Source of the DNA: Paragordius varius
Taxonomy: Eukaryota > Animalia > Nematomorpha
NCBI GenBank assembly: GCA_964247055.1
Contig: OZ176052.1
Location: 2,294,001 to 2,358,000 of the forward strand
DNA: 64,000 nt
Direction: 5' to 3'
A program made the position numbers and the translations under genes. Every line of letters starts with the position of its first letter. The stretch's first letter is position 1. Shown here piece after piece: positions 1-13,944 of this stretch. The notes under the pieces are model-generated. The model made no database searches. It was not told where the DNA came from and was given only the letters and a program-made list of their open reading frames with translations.

Positions 1-330
1 ATATATATAATATATATGCAGTGAAGATTAAAATTATAAATAAAAAGCGTAAAAAGTAAAACGCAAATTTTTATCCATAAATACAGACATACTTTTATAA
101 ACTTTGATTTTTTTGAAAAAAATTATGATTACGATTTATAGAGTATGTTATCGGCTCACATCACTATGCCTAGAATTGCAACCCAAAATAATGGGTTATG
201 TATGATAGATATTAAGGTTTATGGTTGCCATTATATTTATTTTAGCTTTTTTTGTAAAAAGCTGATATTATAGAGCAAATATTAAATTAAAATTATTCAT
301 TTATTAATACGAGATTTACGCTAGTTTATT

Positions 331-373
<43 letters not shown>

Positions 374-378
374 CCTAC

Positions 379-3300
379 CTTTATGCATTTGTCGCGCGTT
401 CGGATTTTGGATTCATATCCATCGGTCAACCTTTTGATCGCTTTATTATGATATTGTCTACACATATAAAGATTATATAGATACAAAAATTTAAATATAC
501 AGAGTATTAAAATACATTTTCTCACTATTATCCTTAAAATTACGGTTGTAAGCTATATAATTAAAGAGGTAACTTATTTATATCCCAGCCCCATATTTTA
601 CAAACGTAATCATATAGAAAAAGTTTAGGGTGAAACTATGAGCTTTTGCCGAAAAATAGGGTTTTAACCTTTTAAAATCATCTCTATTTATTATATTAAA
701 CCCAAAATTTTATTTTAATATGAAGACAAAAACCATCAAGTATTAAGTAAGTATTCCCCAATATTGTAGATTTCTTATTCATCTGCATAATTTTAATGGT
801 CACATTATTATATCAATAATTATATTATAAATTTAAATGTAAACTTACTCGGATAATTCTAAATTTGTCTTGTACCATTCATAAAAAGTAGCTGATAAAT
901 CTCTACGCAATTTCATTTCCTCATTGAAATGTTTCTCTTCCAACGCTTTAAGATCCTGTTTTAAAATATGGTTTAAATTAAAAGTATACATAGAAAACCA
1001 ATTAAAATGATTATTTCATAACTAAATAATGCTGGTTTATTTTGTGATTAAAAATATAATATCCCGATTTAGTTATATTTTATCAAAAAATGAAACCAAA
1101 ACTGAACCAATTTGTGTTAACTCTTTATTTTCTAAAAAACCTAGCATAATAACTATTCCAGTTAAAATCCTTGCCTATATATTACCTTTTTACATTCTTC
1201 GAGATATTCATTTAGGTTATATGCATTGCCTTGAAAATCGTACAATATATTATCCTCTTGTTCGGTCGTTTTAGGGATAAATTCTGCATTAACCTTTATG
1301 TATGCGTATTGTATTGGAGCTCCATCAGGTTCTTTAACATGCATATAAAATAAATTATTCCTTCAATGTTTTATATACAAGACTTATTGTTAAGATATCA
1401 AAAAACATAATTACCTTAATTTTTTTGAAATAACCTATCGTTTTGGGTTACTAAATTGGGAAAAGAGATGTGAATTGTTAACATAATCAATTTAATATAT
1501 TTTACAATCATATGCGTTGCAATAAATATATTAAACTTTTACTTTTTAAAAAATATAGGATTATTTTTATGGCTCAAATTTCATCAAAATATGTAACGAT
1601 TTTAGTTAAACGCTTTTTCGGCGTTAAATACCAATGTTAGAACGGTTCGAATCAAATTAACGTTTAAGTACGGAGAGAATATATCTGATTATAATTAGAA
1701 TTGTATCACTAAGAAAAAAGAAGAATAGTACGTTAGCAATAAAGCAGCCGTTTGTGCCGCAATGCCACAGATATCAATATATTACCCTCCTAAATTAACC
1801 TATAATACAGTGTTTATAAATATATTTATGCTAGTAGTTTATTAAATATTGCCAGATAGAATTTCCAGTAAAGAGAAATATTTTATCGGTTAAAAGGAAG
1901 AAATAAGCGGAAAAATGCATAATTTTTATATGCATCAAATATAAGCCAAACATATTGATTTTTATTGTAATTACCATCTAGAAATAATTAAATTAAAAAA
2001 AGTTCAGTGTATTTTTACGCCCAAGGCCAATTTCACTCTTTTCCTTAAATAAACTTTAGAGACACGCTTAAAATTCATGAATGGTGAAAGTGATTTGTAA
2101 TAAACTCACAATTCTTATATACAATTATTATCGAATCAGTTAACTCATCGACTCAGTTAAAGTGACATCCACGTAACAAAGCACAATTACTTATTTATGA
2201 AACGCTAAAAATATAGTGTAAAAGTTTAAAACCTACCCTCTCCAATAGTTTGTAAATGATCGTTATCATGTTTAGATTTATCATAGTTTAATTCTTCTCT
2301 GGTAGCTAAGACATTTTTAGCATTGGCATAATTAAGATGTTTAAAAGATGTGCCACCATTGTTATTATTATACAGGGATCCTCCCAGCGGTCCATGGAGA
2401 TTAGTTAAACGAGTTAGGTTGTTAGTTTGAGCCAAAGACCGTATATTGTTGAGTATAAGCTAAAATAATAATTTTAAAATATAGTCAAAATACTGCTGAA
2501 AATAATTAATAAAAAGAATGCAGTGGCAGTGATGAAAAATATGTTTGAAATTCGGTAAAGATATATATACATAAATATAGGAGCCCTAAAATTACATAAG
2601 GCATGATATTTTTAGAGATTTTTTTTGTTTTGTGATGCTTAAATGGCAAAAAAAATTTATTTATGTTCTCTGGTCTAACACAGACATGACAACACTAACT
2701 CAAGTTAAACCTTTGACCTAGGTTAGCGAAAACCATTTTCTAGTGTTTAACAATTAAATAATTTTTTAGAAAAATAATTTTTGATTGTTTCGATTCCAAG
2801 CTTACTATTTAGTAGAGTTTTACAAAAAATGTCATATGAATGACATTGGATTAAAATATACTTATGTTTTACATTTAGTTATAATAATTATATATACGTT
2901 AAAAACTAACCCTAAAAAACCTTCAGGATTTAAAAAGTTTAATGTAACTAACCTACCTTTTTAGCTAGGGCTGAGAATTTAAGAGAATGCAATGTTTCCG
3001 AATACATACTTTCCAATTTGCTAATATTGACTATCATAGAGATTTGTGAATGAGATTGCATGAAATAATTTTGAAATAGCCGTGTAAGTTTGCTTTCACG
3101 GAAAGGGATTATTTTGGGTTTTTCTCTGAACGTTTAAAATAATATATTTTGTAACATATAGTTTTATAATAAAATATAATTATTTCCAAACTAATTTTAA
3201 AATATGATAAATATAAATATCAAAGATATTCGTCGATATTTAAGTAATATGTTAATTATTAGGAAATAAAATATCGTTTAAAACCATTTTAACATCATTT

Positions 3301-3353
<53 letters not shown>

Positions 3354-6300
3354 AATTCCAGATCTTATATAATAAAATATTCAATTAAACAAAGAAAAAT
3401 CATAACTAAACTGACTCACTTATGTAATTGATTGTATTTAATGATTTGCAAACACTTTGATAAAGTTAGTAGGGATGTGTTAATATTTCTCGCTTCAAAT
3501 AAGCGATCACCAACGTTTCCAGTTTTAACGCTTCGTTCCGCACCAGCCAAATCACAAAAAACATATCTATAACAGATAAATTATACCATTTACAATTCAA
3601 ATTCACCCTTGAACAATTCAAATTTACCCTCAAACAAATCGAATTCACCCTCAAACAAATCGAATTCACCCTCAAACAATTTAAATTCACCCTAAACTAA
3701 ATTGTGTGTTTTTAAAAATTAAATAATACCTATTATATTTTTTAACAAAAATTTTGTTTAAAAATTAAAATAATACTGAAAATGTAATAAACTATGCCCA
3801 ATAAAGATATAATTCATATTAATGATGAGTTATATTAGCCCGAAAACATATATTTTATTTTCAAGGTGAATTTGAAATGTTCAAGGGTGAATTTAAATTG
3901 TTCAAAAGTGAATTTGAATTGTTAAAGGGTGAATATGAATTGTAAATTATAGGTTTAAATAAATCAAAATTTAAATTATCTAAATGATTATAATAAAAAA
4001 TTTTAATTTATATGAACAATTGTTACTATCTTTAGAATAGCAAACATATCATAATTAATAAAGAAAAAATATTCAAATAAATAATTGCTATATATATAGT
4101 AATGTATACTCATTAACGTTAATAATTTGATGTGGTTGATTTTTGATACACCGATGCAATTTGATTGTAAATATGGAATGACTAAAATTCAAAAATGAAA
4201 ACAAAAAACATTAATTATATACCATCAGTAAAAATTAAAATTATAATGACAAAATAAACTATAATTTTTTTAAAGAAAATTATAATTTGAATCTTTGATA
4301 TAAACTATATAATTCATATGATGCCAATGTTAAAATATTATTCTTAAGCCAAACACACGGTTAAAATCTAAAAATCATGGAAAAATAAAATATAATTTTC
4401 ATTAGATAAAAAAATAGCATTTATTTTTTAAAGTTATCTCTTTATTTTTGTATCCATTATTAAATACTTGAGTACAAATATAAAAATTTAGTGCTAAAAT
4501 ATTTAAAACCTTCGGCTTGAATTGTAATTAAGCATGGTTGAAGCCATTTTCAAGTTACGTTTCCCCTTATCCAGGTAGGCTAAAACTTCACTCAAAGATG
4601 CAACATATATTTCACTAAGATCTAAATTAATATAAATTTTGCATAAAATAATTTATACATATAAATATCATATAGCCTTGATCAAAAAATAAAAAATTTA
4701 AAATTAGAATCGCGTTTTAACGGGGTTAAAATAAAAATTGACCCGTCGGTTTCAAAGGCAATCATTTACAGCCATAACCAATCAACATTATAACTAGGTA
4801 ATACTTTAGAAATTAACCAAAAATAATTTAAAAAAAAAGTTAAATAAAAATTATACATTTCATTTAATATTTATATTTATGACAATGAAGGATCGAATTT
4901 TTGAGTATTTAATAGTTAGTACAGTAAAAACTGAAATTATACGGACAAAAGGTAAAAATATAAAGACAAATATTTTTTTACAAAAGACATCCATACTTTT
5001 TAAAACCTTAATTTTCGCTATATATAATATTTAATTACAATCGTACATAATTTTTTGTGCTACCAATTTCTACCAATTTACATTTCTATTTTATATTTTG
5101 CAGTTTAAAACAATCAGTTGTATTTAAAAAATTTGGTTGTTCCTTAGAAAAAAATATTTCTCTTTATTTTTTTACGTTTTGTCCATAGTATAATTTCAAT
5201 TTTTACTGTAAAAACAGTCAAAGTCGATCAAAATACATTCATAACGGGTCATATTCATCAACTACCCCCGATTTACAATATAAAAACAACATTTCTTTTA
5301 ACAGAAAAAAAATGATAAAATCAAATATAAATTTATCGGAAAATATTATAAGTAAAAAAGTGTTACTTTTGATATAAACATTTCCCTCCTTATCTTCACC
5401 AAGGGGTAGGGCTCGTCTTTTAAAATTTTTGGAGTTTCCAACATTACCGGCCAATCCACCCCCGCAAACAGAAGTTAGAAAGGGATTTTTCTGTACAAAA
5501 TAAAATGGCAATATTTTATAATATACGATTTACACATCGAATTGACCCTTGAACATTTCAAGAGTTAATTTACAATATATTGGATATAAAATATTTTTTC
5601 TGTCATAGTTTATTCTTTTTTCCTGTATTATGATAATCTTCAAGTGTATACATTTTATAAAAATATCAATAGCAAATTTATAATTTTTAAAAACACCATT
5701 TATTTATTTTTAGGGTATGAATTTAAAATGCCCGAGGGTGAATTTGTAATATTCAAGGGTAAATATGAAGTGTGAGAGGTGAATTTGCGCTGTAAATGGT
5801 ATAAATGGACAAAAATGCAATTTATTTAATAAATATTTTTCATTTAACAGGAAAATGTCCAAAAATACAACAAAAATCATTTCAATCAGAGTTTATTATA
5901 CCATAATTGGATGATGTTTCATTTTATTTTTATTTTTTTCATTTTAAAATAGAATACGTAAATTTAATTGAAACATATATTTACATAAAATATTAATTGA
6001 TCATTTACATTATTATAAGGGTTTGAGGCAACAGAATGGATACTATTCATGGAAGATGGGACGCTTGAAGTTGTATTCGCAGAATTTTGACTAAAAATAT
6101 AAAAATACAAAACCAAATAGTTTAGATATTATTTTCCATTATGAAAAAATCAAATCATTTTAAATGATTAATCTATATTATTAAAAATAAAATAATGTAG
6201 TAAAATCTAATAATGTATACTTAAGAAAGGTATTATTGTTTTTAATAACCATATAAGTAGGTTTATTTGAATTACATTTCTGTAGTGTAAATGATAATTG

Positions 6301-6951
6301 TTAAAAAAAGTTTACTTGAGGTAATCAAATATCTACATTTTAATTTGATTGAGTTATTTAAAACATTCAATACGCATATTATTTAGATTTCTATTTTCAA
6401 TATATTTGTTAAAAATTATCCAAAAAGTTATTTAAACATACATACATACCCTCCTCCTATTCCACTATTTCCAACAGTATTAAGTTTAGAAACATTTTCA
6501 TCAAAACCGCTACTTTGTTGCAATTTGCTTTTATTAGCGCCCCATAGGAGATTGCTTTCAGATGCGGATGAACCCGTAAGTAAAGAATTTTTATTGCTGT
6601 TCTCCTTTTTACTATTTTTATTGTTATTACAATTATAATAATAAGGTTGAGCCCGATGAGATGATGCCATATTACGTGTTACTGGTCGTAAATTTTGTAA
6701 TGATTTTTGTTTGTAACTAAAGAGCGAATAAAATATGAATATAAAGTTTATTTAATAAATTATCTAAAAAGATTATGCTTTTTTGTTAAGAGAAAGAATT
6801 GAGTTATATAGTACTAATTGGTCAAATAAGTAGAATTCGTAACTTGTTGATTAAAAAAATTAAACTAAATATAAATATTAGTTGGGAAATAATATTCTTT
6901 TACAATAGATCAATATAAAAAAACATTTTTTGATAGGAAATGAAAGGGTTA

Positions 6952-6995
<44 letters not shown>

Positions 6996-9900
6996 TTAGA
7001 AATAAATTTTATGAAGCAATGAGTATAAATAAAAATGATATTTGTTATGAGTAATTTTTAAAATTTTTAGATTATTAACAATAAAAAACATGATCAATTC
7101 ATTCCATATATTACACACCTCAAATTCCCCTTGAATTCAGATTCACCCTTAAACAATTCGAATTTACCCTAAAAATAAACTATTTGGATATTGTTTACGC
7201 TGAAGTGTGATTGTATTATTATATAAATATAATTCAGCTAAAATTATATAAATTTATTATGATATTTCGATTACTACAAATAATCTTTGTCAAATGTAAA
7301 AATAAAATTAAAATATAAACTAAAATTTAAATTAATAATTTTAGCTGAATTATATTTATATAATAATAAATTATTTGTTTTCGGGCTAAAATATCTTTTT
7401 ATTAATTTAAATATTTCTTTATGGCATAGTTTACTATTTTTTCAGTATTATGTTAAGATTAAAGAGATTTTATCTAAAAAAAATAAAAATAATAATAATT
7501 TTTAATATTTGAAAACACATAATTTATTTTAGGGTGAATTTGAATTGTTTAAGGGGTGATAATATGAACTGTAAATAATAATTATTATAGTAAAGTTTGT
7601 TTCATTAAATGTCATTTCCTTTTAAGTCTTTTATAGTTTTAATTCAAAGTATAAATAAATATGTAAAATCTTAACCAATGATCACACCTTTTTAAGCTTC
7701 TAAATAAAAACTTTTCAATTCTTTTATGGAAAAAGCAAAAATCAAAAAAAAAATCTTACCCCAGCCCCTTTGAATTGTAATCTATACCTCCTCCACAACT
7801 TTTATCATTGTTTGCGGCGGACACAGTTAGGAGATCAAAAATTTGTTCATTATAAATTTCAAGGAATGATACTGTGAAATAAAAACTCGAATTGCCTATA
7901 ATTTGGTTGTGTTCAGGTGACAATCCTAATTCACTATCCACATCTTTAGCCATAAGTTGGAATAAATCTTCGTTTGAGGTGGCATTCAAGTTTTTGCTAT
8001 CACAATCTATTAATTTACAATCGAAAATTTTTGAAAACACTTTTCAATGGGATGTGTGATGTGGAAAAATAAAATGCAAAGATATATTGTAATGGTAAAA
8101 AAACGGATTAATAATAATGATTTAGTTAGTATTAACCATTGTTAAACCCGTAAAATAATGATAAACGAAAATTAAATAGTAAAATTCAAATTCAACGGAA
8201 AATTAAATTTCACATTGAAAAAACTATATAATGATATGTGAAACTCTTGGCGATCGCATATTAGTTTCGTGCTTGTTAGCACTCATCAGTACGACGCAAC
8301 TATTTGACTACTATTGGTTTTCACATATCAATTTCATATATATCCAACTTTCCAATTTTGGTATTAACAGTCGGTTATATGAAATTAAAATGAAAACTTA
8401 ATTGACATTAATGGTATTAAACTAAATTTTTTAACATAAATTAAAATTAACACTAGGTTTAACCCAAGATTTCAATTATAGCTACTTTGGATTTTCTTAG
8501 AAATCAAATGATTAGCGAAGCAGTTCTTTTTTAGTTAAAAAAACGTAAAATATGTATTCTAATGGCAAATGACAGATTGATTATGGGTTTTTAACCAATT
8601 ATTTAACACAAAATACTAAAAGAAGTTTTACTTTGTTTTGTTTGATTCGGTTATCCATATTTATAAATTATCAATTTATAATTCATATAAAATACTATGA
8701 TAGTCTGTTATGAAAACACCCAAAATTAAGTATTCTCTAAAAATTATATTATTTGTTATTTATCAATATAACATACTATTACAACACCAATTTGAATCTG
8801 TAAAATTGATTTTTAAAAGAGTTACCTGTATTTTCCTTAGCTTTATCTTCGGTTGAATTTTGATTTGCATGCTATAAAATAAATATAAAAATAAATAAAA
8901 ATAAAGGAATTTTATTAATATTATGTGATAAAAGTTATTTTTACCAAAGTATTGTTTGAACCAATCAAATTATCCTTTAATGCCATAAATATGGTGGCTA
9001 AAAAGCGTGGCAAAATCCCCATGTTGGATATGTTACCTATTTAAATCAGTGTGTGAATATATAATCTGTTTTTTACGTATACCATTTACACTTCAAATTT
9101 ACCACTGAAAATTAAAATTCCCTCTCAAACAATTTAAATTTCACCTTAAATAAAATTTTGTGTTCTTTAAGGTTAAAAATTACCAATATTTTTATATTTT
9201 TAAAAAATAAAAATTTTGTTTTAAATTAAAATAATACTGAAAAAGTAAAAAACTAAGCCATTAAGATATATTTCATACTATGGATGAGTTATATTAGCCC
9301 GAAATTACATAATTAATTTTTAGGGTGAATTGAAATTGATTGATGGTGATTTTGAATTGTTCGAGAGTGAATTTGTATTTAAATTTGATTTGTAAATGGT
9401 ATATTATAAAATAATTGCACATGAAAATAAAAGATTAAAATAATAAATTATTAAAAAAGAGAGTTGCAAAAAATCTAACTTAACACTTGGATACAAAACA
9501 CTCATTTCAGTCCCTCGATTCAAATTGGGGTATTTGGATACCCCAGGCCTGTTTAAAATCAAATACTTTAAAAAGTATGGAAGGAATCGAAACCATGGCA
9601 AAATTTTGCACTTATATAACATTAATAAACCAAATTATATAAAAAAATTTATTCAAAAATACTTGTTATTTCTTATTTTAAGCTGAAACCTAAAGGCAAA
9701 ATTTTGTCAACGTGACATGTGTGAAATTATTAATCAAAAATTAATATAAAATAAACCGTTCTTTCTAATTCTATCGATGTTAGATGTAATTAAAAAAAAT
9801 AAGCTTTAATTTTACCCTTAAAATTAAATGAAGACGATAATTTGCAAAATTTTGTTAAATAAAAATGGCGTCGAAGTAGTTTGACATGGAACTGTTTTTT

Positions 9901-10914
9901 CAAATATTTTGGCATATTTATATAATTTTTATTAGGATAGAGGCATAAATTTAAATTGGAACCGTTTCCTTTAGTATTTTTTTAAAAATATTAATTTAAA
10001 TTTAGTCTGGGGTATTTAGATACCCCAATTTGAATCGAAGTGTTAATATAAAAAAAATTAATTTTTGTCAAGTAGAAATAATTCGCTCACAATAATCAAA
10101 TGTTTTTACCAAAGGCTTCTGCAATAATTTACAATTAAAAGTTTAAACTTTTAGTAAATAAATAAAACATATACTTTAGCACAAAAAACTAAATTTTAGC
10201 GGTGTAATGTTTAATATACTATTTTTTTGCAAAAAAATGCATCTAAATATCCAGGAATCTATATATTTATAAAAATGGAAAATGCTGGCTTTGTGATCTG
10301 GTACAGGAAAACCGGTAGACCCATTCAAATCCAAACTTCGAAAAAATATAATCATTAATGAATGCCCCGACAATAGCTTCGCCCTTTTTTGGAATTAGGT
10401 CCCCAGTTCGGGCCCACCCCGTGTGAAAAATGGGTTAAGTCAATTTTTTGGAGAACGTGTTGGACCATTCGATTTCAAATATGATTTTTGTTACTTATTT
10501 TTGATCGCGCTGAACATAGTCGACTCACTTTTTTGATTTAGGCCCTCTTTTTACCCGCTCCCTTTGTAAAATGCCATTTTTTTTCAAAAAACAAAGTCCA
10601 CAAAAATAATTTTTTAAATCTATTTTTTCCCCAAGTAAACAATAAATTAGTATGAATGCACCGTTTTAAGATTCCTATGAGATCATAGCTATTAAATAAT
10701 GTTTCGAAATAATCCACATATGTAGATCATTTTATTGTCCCTTTTTTCAAATAACCCCCCCCCCCCCCCTTTCAGAAATCCAAAGGACTTCCTCGGGCTG
10801 CGTAGCAGCACGAGATTTACGCTAGTATTTAATAAATATTCAATGATAAAAAACTTTGATCATAAAGAGAATAATTTCAACATCTTATTTTTTGGATATG
10901 ATTAAACCAAATCA

Positions 10915-10950
<36 letters not shown>

Positions 10951-11718
10951 CGCAATCATATATATTTTGCGATGGAAATAAAATTTATCTTTTTTTGTGC
11001 AAAACAAAATTAACCTTGCATAGTGTAAGTTTTTCCTGAATTACTGATTCCATACGTAAACAGCAGATATGAGTAATCGGAAGTTATAAATTTTTTAATG
11101 TTTTCAGACAAGCAATGTCGGTAGACATCTTTTTGCGTTGAATGTTCATCGAAAATACGGGTGTAATAAAAACGAAAGAGTCGATTCATAGTTGATTTGA
11201 CAACCAACGATTTATTTTCTTCTTCGATGGATAATTTATACTAAAAAAATTGTAGAATTAGTTTGCTCTTAAAACCTAAATTTAAGAGACCTTCAATAAA
11301 CACACTACCGTAATTATCACATTTACAAATAGATATAGACAATTTTTTACAAAAATCTTATATAAAATGCATCATATAAATTGCAAAAGTACTAATCAAA
11401 ATATTTTAAACCAAATTGATATATTAATATATAGATTGATTATAGAAATTATAATATATACTGAAATTTCCATAATACTAATTTAGGAGATATACTTAAA
11501 AAAATTTTTTTCAAAATATAATAAAATACTTCATTATCTTGGGATAGATTGGGACGAATTCGTAAAAACACTTGTAGCGCACCAGCAAGCAAACTTTGCC
11601 TTGTCTCGGGATCTTTTTGGAAAAACTCATTATCAAAATCAACGTTTAAATTTTTGATGACATTATTTTCATATATTTCTTCATGCTCTTCTTCGTATTC
11701 TTCAATGATGTAAGACAT
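379..11718 (-). CDS. KIF20: Kinesin-6 family motor (KIF20A/B-like), multi-exon, 3' end runs off the left edge
   Basis: Hand-spliced, phase-consistent GT-AG exons: 11718-11530, 11240-11015, 9036-8945, 8871-8826, 8039-7760, 6716-6450, 6090-6009, 5490-5367, 4621-4510, 4181-4110, 3566-3420, 3125-2957, 2459-2237, 1331-1186, 955-849, 457-379. Motifs: VFLRIRP, LLFTYGISNSGKTYTMQG (kinesin-6-type P-loop), GILPR, VSFLEIYNEQIFDLL, LNYNSSRSHSIFTIK, DLAGAER, NINTSLLTL, IPFRESKLTRLFQ, ETLHSLKFSALA, then coiled coil EMKLRRDLSATFYEWYK. KIF20 versus KIF23 is judged from remembered motifs. Confidence 0.92.
3305..3350. repeat. (TA)n microsatellite; similar tracts near 341, 6955, 10917, 27806, 33297, 40104, 40638, 50286, 57923 and 63723
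   Basis: Directly visible dinucleotide runs. Confidence 0.95.
3582..3951. mobile_element. MITE family A (TA-flanked Tc1-type, 20-bp subterminal arrays)
   Basis: TATACCATTTACAATTC start, tandem GAACAATTCAAATTCACCCT-like units at both ends in inverted orientation, shared AT-rich core. Confidence 0.85.
5522..5803. mobile_element. MITE family A, degenerate
   Basis: Decayed left TIR, right end CTGTAAATGGTATA. Confidence 0.65.
7105..7580. mobile_element. MITE family A, degenerate
   Basis: AATTCACCCT and AGGGTGAATT arrays at the two ends; boundaries approximate. Confidence 0.6.
8075..8480. mobile_element. Diverged, truncated second copy of the hammerhead-carrying element
   Basis: Shares TTGTTAAA.CCGTAA.ATAA.GATAAA, GATATGTGAAAC, the ribozyme core, TATCCAACTTT and TTATAGCTACT with 48986-49386. 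The right TIR is not evident. Confidence 0.65.
8250..8297 (-). ncRNA. Second hammerhead ribozyme motif, variant AUA triplet
   Basis: Minus strand reads GCGUCGUA-CUGAUGA-GUGCU(AACA)AGCAC-GAAAC-UA-AUA-UGCGAUCGC. Core and stem II are identical to the 49.1-kb copy; GUC is replaced by AUA. Confidence 0.7.
9078..9403. mobile_element. MITE family A
   Basis: TATACCATTTACA ... TGTAAATGGTATA termini and the family core. Confidence 0.85.
9480..10046. mobile_element. MITE family B (TTAA-flanked, piggyBac-like asymmetric ends)
   Basis: TTAACACTT-[27 bp]-CGATTCAAATTGGGGTAT at the left end; the reverse complement without the spacer at the right end. GGGGTAT...ATACCCC palindromes at both ends. Confidence 0.8.
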
Positions 11719-13944
11719 GTAAAATATTTTAGAAAATTATGCGAAAAACAAAATTTGAATCAAGCGGTTAAACATAAAATCATAAAAGTTACTCTTTTCT
11801 GTTAAAACTTTATAGGGCTTATTTATATGTAAACTAGAAATTTAAAAATTATATTTGTGTGATATGGCATATTATTTTAATGATCGAAAAGCTAGATTGC
11901 TATAGATCTGAATTTATCTGGATCGAGCCATTTTTTTCTTTTGGTTATTTCCTAGGTTTCGCTGCATAGCGTTTCACTTTACTACTATTTTTAATAATAT
12001 TACATAAAACATATTTTAATCGAAAAAAAAGATCTATGCTTTCGTTTTGGGGCTCACGAGTCAAACGAGTTATGTTTTTTGGTGATTGATCCATATCAAA
12101 AATTGCAAAAAGCACAGAGCGCTTAATTTTTTTCATGAAGAGAGTGAAAGTTATAGTCACAATCATTTATGGAAATTTTTCAACCCACAATTTGAAATTA
12201 AAATTTTTGAAGGATACTGTGGTCTATTAAATATGTTATGAATTTATTATTAAATAACAAAAATCTTCATGTTATGATTTTTGTTTCTATAATTCTATGA
12301 TGTAACAAAATTATATAGATTAAATACCCGATTCATCAAACAGTTCGAGAGCTTATTACTAATTTACATTCCAATTTTATCTCGCTGACATTTTGGGTAA
12401 GTTTTTTAGCCCATACCCATAAAAAAGTAACAAATCACTGTTCAAAATTGATTGTTATAAAATTAAACCATTTTTTCCATATTACACATTGTTCACAAAA
12501 AAACATGATGAAATATATATATTTCGAGGTGCTTTTACTTTTGGGTTTTAATAAAAGTTATTTACACTTTTGTGGAAAGTGCTACATATTAGGAAATGGC
12601 ATTGAGCACATTTTTTGTAATAAAATTTACAGGAGCTAAAAATGCTTTATTTTAAAAATTATCACTAAAATATATCATAACTACTTATAAAAGCAAAACA
12701 ATTGTCCCAAAAATATCCCAATTTTTTTCATCTAAAACAGAGATCCTTTAAAATAAATGCAAAAATGCCAGGGGTACGTGATGAAATTTTAAATATATGC
12801 TAAAATACAAAAATTTGATTTTTAGCGAAACTTTGTTGAAGCCTACCTCATCCTTTTTTCATGTTTATGATATAAAAACGCATATAGATACTATAAAAAC
12901 ACCTTTTCATATAATTTAATAATGTTAAACACTTCTATCACCTCAGAATTTTGAATAAATTAATTTGTCTTCAAATTTATGTCAAATATAAATTTTGAAA
13001 GCAAACGAATCATAAATTTAAAATTCTGAAGCGATAGAAATGATCTCATTATAAAATTAAAGGTGTTTATATGTACAAGTGTTTTTATACCGTATCCATT
13101 ATGCCTAAAAATAGTAAGGTTTACGCTTCAACAAATTGCTAAAATGAATTTCTCTTCCGATGCAAAAATATAGAGATTACGCGTTATAATATTTGCTATA
13201 TCATGACTTGAAAGAAATTTTTTTAAAAAATATATACTGCCCAAAAATTTAATATTCAAGCGTATTTTATGATATTTGAAGTATGTTGAAAACGGTATCA
13301 ATAATAAGATTTTTACTAGAATAAACGTTGCTGAACATTATACCTCATTTTTGAATTAAAATGTAAGTTTATTATTAAATTAAATATTAAAATGTTTTTC
13401 AAAAAAAATCTGCTAATATTTAAAATTTAATCATATCTGAGGCGATAAAAATGTTTAACATCATTGAATTATATAGTGTTTTACAATAAATAACATGATG
13501 ATCACTAATAATATTGTAACCATATAAAAAGCACAACAATATTTTTTTAAATTCAATTTTTAGGTGTCAGCTCTGAAATTCCCAAATTTTTTCGCCCTTC
13601 TAAAATGAGCCATACGAAAAAATTCCGATATTTTATTTTTTTATATAAATTTGAAAAAATGCCTACTTTTCAAGAATTTTTTCGCAAATTTTTGTTGGAG
13701 ATTATTCATGCCATTTTTAAGCTTGATGGAAACGTCTTAAAAATGTTAAACGAAGTTATAACACTTTTTTTTATATAATTCGAAGCGGAAACTTTTAACA
13801 CATCAAACATTTTACGTTCGTTTTCAAATTTAGTTAAATATAAAATGTTTTTTTTAAATTCACGCAAAACGTTTAAATTAAAATTTTCAGGTGATAAAAA
13901 TATTTAGCATTCTCGATTTATATGGGAAAAGTGTTTTTATATCT

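Noticed and set aside
3466-3690. Repetitive ORF MNLNCLRVNSICLRVN and similar (22213, 31619, 39433, 40832, 63667)
   Set aside because: Translations of MITE 20-bp arrays, not proteins.
5185-5265. Plus-strand peptide SIFTVKTVKVDQ...HQL resembling the kinesin post-switch-I strand, suggesting an inverted exon
   Set aside because: The true exon (SHSIFTIKL) is at 4181-4110 on the minus strand with correct phases; similarity is limited to about 6 residues and is probably chance.
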